Assembly: GCA_016748015.1 (NCBI GenBank)
Contig: JAAOMT010000213.1
Span: forward strand, 154,485 to 218,484
DNA from: Geosiphon pyriformis uo1
Taxonomy: Eukaryota; Fungi; Glomeromycota
Length of the DNA stretch: 64,000 nucleotides
Direction of reading: 5' to 3'
Shown here: positions 22,023 through 35,132 of the stretch, piece after piece
Layout of the letters: each line of letters begins with the position of its first letter
Position numbering within the stretch: position 1 is the stretch's first letter
Position numbers and translations under genes: made by a program
The notes under the pieces: model-generated
What the model was told of the DNA's origin: nothing
The model's database searches: none
The model's input: the letters and a program-made list of their open reading frames with translations, nothing else

Positions 22023-25000
22023 TGGTAAGCACACCTCCAAAGAGTGAGAGTACAAGCCAACCAGAAAAAAACCCCTTTTATGCTTTTAACCTAACTAATG
22101 ATGACCATAACATGAATAAACTAGCAATTAACACTTCTGAATTAACAAGAAAGAAAAAGAAAGCCAAGGTTGATTTCATTATAGATCCAAAGAAACCTCC
22201 ACATTAACTGCTGATAACAATAAACCACCAAAGGCTAAAGTTTTTAAAAATCCTTCAAAGTTGGAACCTCCAGAAATTGTACAAAAATCTGGACCCTATT
22301 TTGTTGTCAAAGATCTCATGGAAACATCTGCTCACATTACCTTTGGCCAGTTAATAACCCATCTCCAATTCAGAAAAGATTTTTGCAAATCTTTAATTTC
22401 CAAGAAAAAGACACCAAAGACTAACAAGTGCCCATGCCAAGCTGGACTTGCTGACAACAGCCATGTTACTCCTCTCATTTGTAAAGCCCAAGTGGCTGGT
22501 TACTTTATTGATCTGATCCTGGACAGTATATTATCTGTTAGCATTATTGTCAAACACTTTTTAGAAACAATTGGCAGAAAGATTGATGAACCATTTACAA
22601 GACCAATGACCAATATACATGGTGACAAGAAGAAAGGTTTGGGCATAGCCAAAGCTGTTCCTGTCCAAATCAATGGCATTAGCATTGAAACTGACATGGA
22701 AGTATCTGAAGCAAAAGAATATATCATAATAATTGGCAATGAATGGCTCAAGAAAGCAAAAGCCTTGCTTGATTATGAACTCTGTGAACTGACTATCAAA
22801 TATGGTGAGAAACTCATCATGGTTAAGTGTTGCCATTAAACAACTTCTCCAGTACTCAAACAAAGCCAAAAAAAAAGCAATCAAACAAATCAGATAATGA
22901 AGAAAGTGAAGAAGAAGATAAACAAGAAGAACAAAAAGAACTGCTAAACTTGTCTACACTATTTTTACCAACAATGACAAGCCATTAGACAATGTTAAAG
23001 CTGACAAAAAAAAATCATGGTAAATGGCAAGCTGATCTGCTGGCCCTACTATGATACTCTCAGAAAAACCTTTGATAGAAAATCTGGCAAGAAAGCAAAA
23101 TACAGTTATTGGTGGCATGATTCTTGTGCCAGGTGCTGGTACAATAAATCTTTGTATTTCCCTAGTGATGAATGCAAATTCTGCCTAATCTATTACAAAG
23201 ATTGAAAGCCAATTAGCTTAATACTCAGAGAAAAACTAAAAGAAGTACAGAAGTCTTTTGAGAATGAACCACCTGAAATCCAATCACTAGTTGTAGAACA
23301 AAAAGAACCTTCCCTTGAAGAAAAAAAAAGTAGACATTGAAAATCTGTTGGCTAGGAATAGTTCAGTTATCTCAAATGAAAATAATATTTCTGGATGAAC
23401 CCATGTGATACAACACACTATTACCACAAAAGAAACTCATTTCATTTATTTAAAGTTTTATTAATTCAATTAACACAATGATGAGTTTATTAAGAAAGAG
23501 ATAAACCGGATGAAAAATCTTGGATTTATTCAAAAAACCAAGAGTGAATGGGCTTTCCTAGTTGTAGTGGTATCCAAAAAAGGTGGAATCCTACACTTCT
23601 GTGTTGACTACTGCCAACTAAATGCATTTACTATAAGAAACATGTACTCACTCCCCAAAATTGATACAATACTAGATAAATTCAATGGTGCTGTTTTCTT
23701 CTTAACTATTGACTTAACTGCTGGATTCTGGCAAGTAGAGATGAATTCAGAAAGCAGAAAGAAAACTGCTTTCATTACCAAGTATAGCACCTATGAATTC
23801 ACAGTCATGCCTTTTGGTCTTACTAATGCCCCTTTCACCTTCCAATGTCTAATGAACAAAGTATTTGAATCAGTAAAAGAAAACTTTGTTCTAGTCTACT
23901 TAGATGACATAATGGTCTACTCAAAAACCTGGAATGAACACCTTGAATATTTGCAGAAGGTTTTTGATCTGCTTGGAAATGCTGGTTTTAAGATCAACTC
24001 AATCAAATCTTTCTTTGAATGCCAATCCACCCAATTCTTTGGTCATCTTATTACAAAAGATGGAATCTTTCCTGACCCAGTTAAAGTTGAAAAAGTTCAA
24101 AACATTAGACAATCAATGAATGTTTCTGAACTACACTCTTTCCTTGGTTTGGCCTCTTACTATTGCAAATTTATTAAGGATTTCTCCAAAATCGCCTTTC
24201 TTTTCAATCAGCTACTCAGAAAAAATGTCAATTATTACTGGAGCACTTATCAATAAAAAGCTTTTTAAATTCTGAAGAAAAAACTTGTTACTGAACCAAT
24301 TCTCAAGCAACCTGATCTGGACCAATCTTTTATCCTCTACACTGATACATCTGGCTATGAACTTGGTGTTGTCTTTTTACAGAAAGATAAAAATGGCAGA
24401 GAACATGTCATAGTATATGCCAGTAGATCCTTTACACCAGCAGAAAAGAACTATTCAGTTACTAAACAAGAATGTTTAGCAGTAGTTTGGGCTACTAGTT
24501 ACTGGGATTAATATCTTTTTGGTGCAAAATTCTTAATGGTAACAGATCATCAAGCCTTGGTTTGGCTGTGCAATAAAAAGAAGCTGGAACACAAATGAAT
24601 AATTAATTGGATACTCCACTTGGATGAATTTGACTACAATATTTAACACCACAAAGAAACAAATCATCAAAATGCAGATGCTCTTTCTAGACTTACCAAC
24701 TTAATTATTAGTAACTCCTTTACAAACAAACACAATAATGGACTTGGACAACTACTCTGCCTTAATGGAGTTTTTGGGTAAAGGACAATACCCACCAGAA
24801 TACACTCAACAGCAAAGAGAACATTTGCTTAAACAATCAAATTTCTATTTGATCTGCCAGAACCAATTATATAAAAAAAACAGAAAAGATCCTAACTGCT
24901 CCCAGAGAGTCATCAGATTTGAAGAAAAAAAAATTGTAATATACAACATGCATACTAATCCATTAGCTAGATACTTTGGAAAAACAAAAACAATTCAGAA

Positions 25001-26036
25001 AATTTTAGCTTATTATTATTGGCCTACCTTAAGAAAAGACATTGCTAAATACATTAAAACCTGTAACATCTGCCAAAGAAAAAGCAAACCCAATCACAAA
25101 GAAGATATTTATCCAATTTTTATTGGTTAACTATTTAACAAAATTGGTATAGATGTTGTTGGACCTTTAACAATAACTCTTAATAACAACAGATACATTA
25201 TTACAACTACTAATTATCTTACAAAGTGAGTAGAAACAAGAGCCACTCTTAACCAAACAGCAGTCTTAATAGCCAATTTCATTTATGAAGATATTATTTG
25301 CCATTATGGCTGTCTCAAAGAACTTTTATCTGATAGAGGAAGAGCTTTTTTTAGTACACTGGTTGAAGAACTTTGCAGATAAATGAGAATATGTCATAAA
25401 CTTTCCTTTTCTTATCACTCCCAAACAAATGGCCTAGTAGAATGTTTCAATAGAACACTATGTAAAACCCTAGCCAAAACCAGTGAAAAAACAAACTTAT
25501 AGGACAAAGTACTGCTTTTAGCCTTGTTTGCTTATAGAACTGTGAATTATGACATAATAAGTTATGAATCTTTTTATTTGCTTTATGAACACATGACAAT
25601 ACTACCAATAGAAACTGATATTAAGACAATATTTTTTGAAAAAATCATAATAGAAAATTACAAAAACATTTTGCAAAGAAGACTTGGTACCATTTTTGAC
25701 TCCTTAAGAAAAAGAAAACTTATAAAACACTTTTTTTAAGTGTTGGTGACTTGGTATTGGAATACTGTTTAGACAGAGACAATGTCTATGGTAATAAATT
25801 GTCTAACCGATAGAAAAAACCTTTTATAGTCAACAAAGTTTTGAACAATGATTTTTATATTCTTTAAGATCAATCCAGAACAATCTTTAATGATTATCCT
25901 GTTCATGATACACAACTCAAGAAATATTATAAATAACCTAATTGGTTGTCTGTTGTGATAATACTGACTCAAATGATCAACAAAAATCAAGTATAAATAA
26001 ATGCATTATTCCCAAACAGAGGTATTTTCAATTGAC

Positions 26037-26683
26037 ATAAGCAATTATTTTTTGGATCAAAACATTCAAAATGCCTTCTATATTCTCCATGAGTATTGGA
26101 TTAAAAACTATCTAAATACTACTCTGACCATTGGAAAACAAACCACCATAATTGATAACAATAGAACATATACTGTTATTAGACCAAAAAAAACTACTAT
26201 CAGAAGAGAAAAAATTAGTAGCAAAATAAATAAATATCTGTTGAAAAGTATAACAACAGCTATACCAGCACAATTGGAAAAACACTCCAAGAAATCTTAC
26301 CTATAGACAAAAATTTGTTATATGAAAGGCAATTAAAACTCTATGGTTGTCTTAAAGAAATCATAGAAGATATGAAACTCATAAAAAAAACAACTTCAGA
26401 GATACAGACAGAAATTTTGGGCATTATATGATTAGATATCCCAAGAGTTTTAACTATTGCTAAAAAAATCAAAACTCTAATACAAAGATTTGGTCTCTTG
26501 AATACAAAACTCATTTCACTTCAAGTGTTATATACTCTATCTATGAAAGACTTTAACAAACTAGTTAGCTTTGAGTTAGATAAAACTCTTCAAATAGATT
26601 ACACCATAAATAGCTTGATTTCACCAGAGCTCAATCTCTTTAAAGAAGATGATGTTATGGTTGAAACTTATATTTCTTATTAA
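26037..26683 (+). pseudogene. ORF3 of A3 (degenerate)
   Basis: ORFs 26001-26306 and 26498-26683 match ORF3 of A1. Confidence 0.75.
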
Positions 26684-27370
26684 TTATCACATGTATTAGC
26701 CATTGATGTTATATAAATTAGTCATTCTATTTTTAGAAAGTAATTATTGACCTAATCAATGATCTGATCAATAACCTAATCATTGACCTGATTATTGATC
26801 TGATTATTGATCTAATTGTTGATCTGATTATTGACCACTTTTAATAGCTATATAAGTGATGAATTTTTTAGCTGTAGAAAAACATGTAGAAATCAAGGAA
26901 ATCAAATAAATAAAATAACAAACTTTCATCTCAATCATTTTCTTATTGCTAATTTTTCTTTCTCTACTTTCAAGTATTTGCATATCTTGGGATAAAAAAT
27001 TACTTGTTGGTTATTTCTTACCCTTTTCCTGAAACATGTAATTGTAGCGTTTGAAGATTATTGAATAAAACGTGACTGAAGAAGTACATCTAATTCCTGA
27101 TATTAAATTTTAAGAGCACCAACATAAGGCATAGAATTATACCAATGTGTGATTATTTGTTAACAGTATGGACTATTTTTTTACCTTCAGATTCTCTGGT
27201 TATTTTTTGAAAAGTATAGCAACTGAGATATTTTATGAGACTGATCTTGCACATTGAATCCATACTTATTTAATTTGCTCTTTGAAGTTGAATTCCCTTT
27301 GTTTTCTTTCATCACCCTACAATCCTGTTCTCCCTTGCTATCTGTTAGCTTGTTACTCCAACCCATAATA
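26653..27370 (+). repeat. 3' LTR of A3
   Basis: Follows PPT AAAGAAGATGA. TGTTAT...ATAATA termini. 7.5 units of the 12-bp array. Confidence 0.92.
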
Positions 27371-27926
27371 TTACTTTAGATATCTTAATTATAACAAATC
27401 ACTTTAAACAAATCAAATAAAAATTAAAAATTTGAAAACCAAATTCTTAAAATTATTACACTTGAAATTCATTCAACACAACTAACATTTTGAAATTAAT
27501 TAGCTACCAATTTCAGTAATCTGTTAGTAACTCCAGGCCTAGATAGAAAACATTTCCTTTAACACAATTCTATTTTTTTTACATTTTTTTTATTTTTCTT
27601 TACTTTTCTTATCATAATCATTAAGGTAGCCTAAAACAAGATTCCTGTAGAAAAGTTAACTTTTACAGCAAAGTAACTACACAATTTTAGTGAACTTCCA
27701 AACAAGCAATTCTTGAAAAAGAGTTGACATTTACTACAATGTAATTATATAAAGTAACTGGCAAGGAATTGGCCATTCTATTTATAAGCTCAACAGTTCA
27801 AATTATAAGAGATAATTTGAAGATAAATTTAGTTACTGAAGGTCTAACTACTTTTTGAGAATGTAAATTCACAGCAAATTAACATTAACAATATTCAAAA
27901 AAAAAGACCAAAAACCTCCAATAACA
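27371..27926 (+). mobile_element. Probable 3' part of another LTR (family D), host of A3 and inserted in B2 gag
   Basis: Ends CCAATAACA at 27926, exactly where minus-strand B-type gag resumes. It has a central T-rich tract like LTRs B and C. No coding signal. Confidence 0.5.
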
Positions 27927-30900
27927 TTGGTAAGTATAAGTTGTTTTTGGTTGGTTTTCAATGAGTTAGATATGGTGATTTTTCAGAATATTAAGAGACT
28001 TAAATAGTATTGAGTATTTGGGTTTTAGACATAGTTAGTTCTGAAATTTTGCTGCCATAATCTAGATTGTTGGGCTGCTGAACTGGAGATTGGTTGGTGC
28101 ATTATCATTACCAATTTTCAATTCTGGCAAATTTGTGTTATTCTCAGTCTTTGGTTTTTATTGAAAGATAAGTTCTAAAACTGGATTTAAATTTGTTGGA
28201 GTTGATACATTATTTGGGATTGAGACAGTTGATAAATTACTAATATTAAAGTTTGATAGATTGATGACTTATAAATTAGTTGCATTAGTGGAAAGTAATG
28301 CAGTTAATAGTAGTATTGTTTAGATAATTGATTACTGGAATAATTTGGGATTTGAAATCATTAATCAGAGTTACAATATTGGTTTTTCAATTATTGATTA
28401 CTTAACTGTTATTAACAATCTATTTTTAGATGTTCTTGTTTACCACAATAGTGACAATTATGTATTTCTTGTTGTCATTGTTGATTAGTCAATAATAATG
28501 GTGATAGATGTGACTAATTTTGGAATTGATTTGAATTTTCTTGATTCTTATAATATTATAGAGGTTGATAAATTGCTTTATTGTTAGCTAAATACTTTTT
28601 TTGTTTCTGGTTGATTGAATTACCAAATTGTTTTAGTTAAAAATTCAAGTCAGATAATCTGTTTATTACTAGATTTATGACTTGGGGATGGTTGATTTTT
28701 AATTCAGCCAATTTAAAATCTTGGGTATTTGTAACTGCATCTTAGAGTATTTGAAAATATAATAAGCATATATGCTGAAGAATACTACTGCATAAACCAC
28801 AAATAAACTAGTTCAAAATCTGGGGTGCTGTAAAGTAATTTGTATTAATAGCTTGTATTTGGTATAGATTTTTGTAGAAGCATTTTAGATAAGTAGTGAC
28901 TGTTTTAATGTCTTTTTGCTTAATGGTAGTAAAAGTAGTTGTAAAGCAATTAATGCTGTTATTGTTATTAAAATATCTCAAAAATTCAACTTTAAATTCA
29001 TTGAAGTTTTGGGGTTTCTGAATTAAGCTTTGATATCATGAGTTGACAATATCTTAGAAAAAATATGAAATGGCTTAAAGAGCTCTAGTGTCATCCTAAT
29101 TATTGGCAATGATAGCTTTAATAATATTATTTAACCAAACTTGAATGTTGTCTTCTTTGCCATTAAATTTTTCTAATTTGGTAATTGGTGCATATATCAT
29201 TAGTATTATAATCAGTTGTTGTTGTAATTGTGGTTGAAATAGTTGTTGTAATGATGGTTGAGATTGTAGTTACAGCTGTTATTGTTGTGTGACAATTAAG
29301 ACAACTGGTGGTGAATTAATTATGATTACCAAAAGTAAGTTTTGAGAAACAATAAGAGCTGGATTTGAATTATTCAGGTTTTACTAAGTTGAAATAATTA
29401 GAGTTTGAATTTCTGGGTTTTTTGGAATTGGGTTTTGATAATTAACTTTTTGATCTTTGTTTTTCTTTTTTTCTAAGTCAGTTTTTTTCTAAAAATTAGT
29501 GGCTCCGAAATCAGGTTGAGGTGATAGTAATTAAAATCCTGATGACATTAGTAATTGCAATTTAAATTCTTCAAAGAAATTGTTATAAGTTTCCAATAAA
29601 TTGGCTTTTTTTTATTGGCTTTAGAACATTATTTTTGTTGATGGTGTTTTATTAATGATAAAAATACACCTCTTAATAGTATATTGATAATACTTCTAAA
29701 TATGTGATAATATAATAAATAAATAGATAAGACTATTCTTGGTTTCTTTTATGTAGGTGGTTATATTTTTCTTGGTGTTTTTACTGATGTTTGTAACTTT
29801 TCTTTTTTATTATTTGCAAAGATAATAAAAAATTGCTGTCTGGTGTGTTTCTCAATTTTTCTGTTGATTTCAGTAGTTATTGGAGCAAACAAATAATTCT
29901 GTAAAAGCATAGTATTTTGGAGTAATTTACTATAGAAATTGTTAAATGCTGCTTTTAGATTTCCTTGGTCTCTTAAATAAGACTTAATTTTTTCATTGAC
30001 ATAAAAGTTAAAAGTTGATTCTGCTGGTCAATGATTACTTGTTAATCCTAAATAAGTTTGATAGTATCAGAATAAAGCTTTTGTAAATTCCAAGTAGTTT
30101 GTCTTTATTTTTTTTGATTCTGTCAATTCTAAAGGTTTTGAAGTCTAAAGATTTTAGTTAAGTCTTTTGTATAATAAACAGAGATTTAATTAATGGCTTC
30201 TTTTGTGAATTTTTTTTCCAGCATAATGGTCAGTTTATTCTGACAATTATGTCTTTTTGGTAAGCTATCTTTAAATTTCTATTCTTATTTTTAGGTCTTT
30301 TACCAGACTATTCTTAATATCAAATACTTAGTACTTAATGTCTTTAATTAATTAATAAACAACAAATAACACAAAACAAAAAAAAATAAAAAAAATAAAA
30401 AATAAAAATAAAAAATTAGTATTTTGTTAATAACTATAATCAAAAACTATTGGTTCAGTGTGGTTAAATATTGAATTTTATCAACATAGAGTGTTGATAG
30501 TATAAAGTTGATTAATAGTTCTTAATCAAGTAATGATAACATGAATTTAGGTAATAATTGATATTTTATTAATATGTGGTTTAATTCCACTTTAAGTTGT
30601 AGAAAACTATTTTTTAAAGAAAGAGATATTGGATAATTAATGGGTTTTACTAATTTTGTTTGTATTAATTCTGTTTTTAATACTCTTACTATATATATAT
30701 AACTCTTGTTATATAAAATTTTATATTTTCTTAAATAATATGCCCTATTTTTTTTAACAATGTGCTTATTGTTGTGCAATATATCATGATTTTCTAATCA
30801 TGTGCTTATTGTTGAACAGTATGCTATAATTTACTAACAATGTGCCTATTATTTAGCAGTATACTGTTATGGTTGAAACTCATAGTTTTTATTAGTTATC

Positions 30901-31654
30901 ACATGTATTAGCCACTAATGTCATATAATTAGCCACTCTATTTTTAGATAGTAATCATTGATCTGATCAATGACCTGATTGTTGACCTGATTATTGACCT
31001 GATCATTGATCTGATCATTGACCACTTTAGATAGCTATATAAGCGATAATTTCCTTAGCTATAGAATGACATGATCAAAGTAATGAAATAAACAATATCA
31101 ATTATTTCCTTTTATAATTGCTTATTCCCCTTTCCTTATCTTCAAGTATCTACTTGTTGGCATTCACATACCTTATCTTTTTCCCTTCTTGATTTGTGTT
31201 TGTTAAAATTAGCCTGAAAAGCAATTGGCTTGCTCTTGTAATTCATTGAATAAAGAAACAATTGAAAAGCACAACGATACCTGTTATTGATTCTAAGAAT
31301 CGCCGAGTTGAGGCATAGAATAATAGCAGTGGTGTTATCTTGTTGACAATCACAAACTATTTCTCTACTTTCAGATTTAAGAAAAGATTAGTGACTGTGA
31401 TTTTTATGAGACTGATCACGCACATTGAATTCCTACTTATTCAATTCACTTCCTTATTGTAATTCCCTCTTTGTTTATTTCCATTACCATACAATACTGT
31501 TCTCTCTTGCTATCCATTAGCTTGTTACTCCAACCCGTAACAATACTATAATTTACTAATATTGTGTTCTCTTATTAAGTATTATTTTCTTATTGGTTTA
31601 TTTTTCTATTTGTTTTTTCTACTTTCTTTCTTTGCATTTTTTTTATGAGTAATA
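27927..31654 (-). mobile_element. Degenerate family B-like Gypsy (B2): 5' LTR (interrupted by a solo LTR; LTR end and PBS deleted) plus gag
   Basis: The reverse complement aligns by eye with B1 34182-37320 (gag capsid region, NPNSQNYLSLL motif, 40-bp LTR repeats near 30740-30860). Confidence 0.8.
30865..31542 (+). mobile_element. Solo LTR, family A subfamily
   Basis: TGTTA...TAACA termini with a perfect 4-bp TSD ATAC (30861-64 / 31543-46). Confidence 0.95.
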
Positions 31655-34181
31655 TCAGCAAATTTTTTATTACTTAAGCCAATTTCTTAAAATTAATAAT
31701 GTTTATAATGTTTAAAAAGACACTATTATTAACATAAATTAAAAAAATATACTAATTAGCCCAAAGCTTTAGTAATGTTCCAAAAACTGTGTACTTTCTG
31801 GTCTAAATCTTTATATTAATATTAAATTTAATTTTATTAGGTTTCAAAACCAGTTTCTTATTAACCATTAAAAAATTTAATACTATTTTATAAAAAAGTT
31901 TTTTTAATATATTTTTGATCATACGGCTTTTGTTCAAACAAAAATTTTCTATTTTTTTCTCAATTGCACACCTGATAACAATTGTTTCAGCAGTTTTGAA
32001 TTCATATATTTTAGACTTGTAATAATTTTTTTGATCTTAAACAAATAGTTAAAAATATTTATTGTTTTAACACCACTTTAAATTATGATTTGTATCTCAA
32101 AAGCTTTTTTTATATCAAAAACCAACAATATATAAAGCAAAAAATTGGTTCTAAACACATTATCAAATCTAAGAAATTTCATTAATTTGGTAACAAACAA
32201 CTCCAATTTGTAAAATTTTGATAATTGTTTGTTAAAAAGACATTTGGCTTTATTATACTAATGTTTAAAAAATGTTTTATTAGCCAATACAATCATAATA
32301 TTTTATAAAAGCCTCTATATTATATTTAAATCTTTTTTTTTACTAGCTTTATCAAGTTTATCCACAACCAAAGAAAGCTTAATTGAAAAAAGGTCATAAA
32401 AATTACTTTACTTAACAATATTAGCATTTCTAATTTTGAATTTTTAACAATTTTTATTTGTTTACTTGTAAATACTATTTAAATAAGCATTCAAAAGACT
32501 TCTTAATTTAATTAAAACCATAATTGTCTTGTGATTAGTATCAAAAAAGTCAAATATAAAGCTAATTTTATGACTTGTAACTATTAAAAACAAATTATCA
32601 CTAACAAAAATATAATTAATAACTCTTATAGCTCTTTTAAAGTTGTTTTAAATAGAAATTTTAGCCAAAAAATGTTCATAAAATAAATTAACCAGATTCA
32701 GATCTAAACATTTCTTGAAACTTACACTTTTCTTAGAACTATTTTTATTAAAGTTATTACCCAAAACCATAAAAAAGTTAAAATTAACTGTTTTAAAAAT
32801 AACAAAGTTGATATTATAAGCTTGATCAAACTGTGTACCAACAAATATACCAGTATATAGACCCAAAATTATGACTAATAATTTACTCTTAAATAAAAGC
32901 TGCACAAAAATAATTCAATCAAAAACTTTTTCAACTTTTGAGACATATTAAACCAAAAATTTGTTTATAATAATTATTATTCCAGTGTTAAAAAAATCTT
33001 TATTTAAACCAAATGTAAAAATTCACATCTTATTAATCTTATATATAATTTATAATCTAATACTAGATCTTAATTTTGTTTTTGTAATGATTAAAACCAT
33101 ATTTTTTAAATTCACATACTAATAAACAATGTCTTTTTGCTTAGCAAAAACATTAATATTCTGAATATTGCATATAACAAACTTCCAAACTAAGTTATTT
33201 ATTGAGAGAAAAAATATACTAAAAAACTTAAACCAGTATACAATTAATTTAAATTCTTTAAAACTAAATTTATAGAGACTTTAAGAGCAATTATTTTTGA
33301 TTCCAAATTATTCATCTTGGTGATCAAAATTTTTAAGCTACTTAAACCCAAATTTAATGTTTTATTTTTTGCAATTGAAGAAAGAAAAAATAATAATACC
33401 AGCAGATTATTTAAAACTATGTTTAAATTTAGTCTTAAATTTAATATCCATAAAAACAATTAGAAAAAAAAATTAAGAGATAGAGATTAAAAATACCAAA
33501 TTTATATTGCTTAGTTTTCACATAATACTAAATACTTAATTAGTCAAAAGCTCTAAGAAGCATTCCAATAAGACCAGATAAGCATTAATAAATGAATTAT
33601 TTTAAACAACAAAAAAATCTTTATTAGCATATAGAGTACTAAAAAAAAATAACCCAAAGCCAAAACCAAAGCTAGTACTATTAAAAAAGACAATAAATAA
33701 AATTATTTGTGTTCATAATTGTTACCAAAGACAGCAAAATGTAAAATAAAAACACTTTTTTTTGTGTATAATTTAATTAATTGAAGATAACTCTTATCTA
33801 ATACAACTTTTTTATAAGTTTTTAAAAAAAGTAAAATATATGTATTTAACACATCATATTTCAAAGCTAAATGTTTAAAATGCCCACATTTTTTACATTA
33901 AACCAGATTTAATATAGCTTAAAAAAACTTAATATTACTTAAAATTGGCTTTGTTTAAAAAACTGACTTCAACTTTTTCTCTAATTCAAAGCCAACTACT
34001 ATATAACAAACTTTATTGCTGGTTTCAAATAATCAATTAATAACACAAGTTTTTCTACCAGTCTCTTCCAATAGAGCACCAAAATTATGAACAGTTATTT
34101 CTATAAAAAGAATAAATAAAAGTGCCTTGAATTAATTTTTAAACATTTAAATATTATAATCTTTTATAGTCTTTGTTACAT

Positions 34182-35067
34182 TGTTACTTGAAAAAAAAAA
34201 CAGATATAGAAAATAGTAGACCAATAGGGGAGTAGTAGTTAGCATGTAAGCATATTGCTCAGCAATATGGAGCAATGTCAAAAATCATAACACATTGCTT
34301 AGCAATATGGAGCAATATTAGAAATCATGGCACATTGCTTAACAAGATAAAGCGATGTTAAAAAATTAAAGCACATTGCTCAGCAATGTGAGCATTGTTT
34401 AAAAAATTATAGCACATCACTCGGGAATGTGAGTGATCTTGTAGAACATCAATTATGTATATATAGCAATAGCAGTAAAAGAAGAAAAAACAGACCTCTC
34501 AGTTTAGATTTGATTTAAGCAATCTTCTCTATTATAAATATTAATAAATCATTATTTAATATCTCAAATCTACTCCACATTATCAACTCTTCATGTTAAT
34601 AGTAATTGATACTTAACCACACTGGAACAATAGCTCTTGATCATGGCTATTGATAAGATATTAATGTGCAAATTGCCTTGGCTTATTTTTTTCTTATTTT
34701 CTTTATTTTTTTTCTTGTTTTATTTTCTTTGTTGTTTGTTAACTTGATTAAAAAAATTTACACATGGAGATACTGATGTCAGAATATAGCACTGGTAAAA
34801 AACCCAGAAATAAGAGTAGACACTCAAAATTGAGGATATCTTACCAGAAGAATTACTGGCCATCACACTGAGAAAAAAATTGATAAAACTGTGGTTTTGG
34901 AAAGCTACAGATAAAACTATTAATTGAATTTCTGTCTATTATACAAAAAACTCAACCAAAACCTTTAGAAACCACAATTTCAGAAATTACCAACATCATT
35001 ATATCAATTGAGCACCAAGTTACAGGTTTGTTATTTGATTTGAGACCCCAAATAATCATCTGTAACA
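34182..35067 (+). repeat. 5' LTR of B1 (886 bp)
   Basis: TGTTAC...GTAACA. Direct repeat of 43400-44277. Confidence 0.95.
34249..34440 (+). repeat. ~40-41-bp tandem array (x~5) with internal inverted repeats in the B LTR U3
   Basis: CACATTGCTC recurs at 34251, 34291, 34331, 34372 and 34413. Unit ACATTGCTC-AGCAATATG-GAGCAATGT. Confidence 0.9.
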
Positions 35068-35069
35068 TT

Positions 35070-35086
35070 TGGTGCTCCTTGTAAAG
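35070..35086 (+). promoter_or_regulatory. PBS of B1 (TGGTGCTCCTTGTAAAG)
   Basis: 2 nt after the LTR end. Same tRNA type as family A. Confidence 0.75.
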
Positions 35087-35132
35087 TATAATTTAACAGA
35101 AAACCAGCACCAACAAACAACTATTCAAAAAA

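Larger units (their letters stand above)
20473..27370 (+). mobile_element. Gypsy family A copy A3 (gag to 3' LTR; 5' LTR displaced by insertion of A2 at the gag start)
   Basis: Begins GTATGAGTGATTATTC = gag start region. gag to 22028, PR 22261-22839, RT 23510-24256 with YLDD, IN, ORF3, LTR 26653-27370. Confidence 0.93.

Noticed and set aside
6594-27370. DIRS-like or inverted-LTR single element
   Set aside because: No tyrosine recombinase. The inversion is explained by A2 inserting into A3 at a GTAT site.
34249-34440. CRISPR-like appearance of the palindromic 40-bp repeats (and of the 12-bp arrays)
   Set aside because: No unique spacers, no cas genes, duplicated in both LTRs, eukaryotic context.
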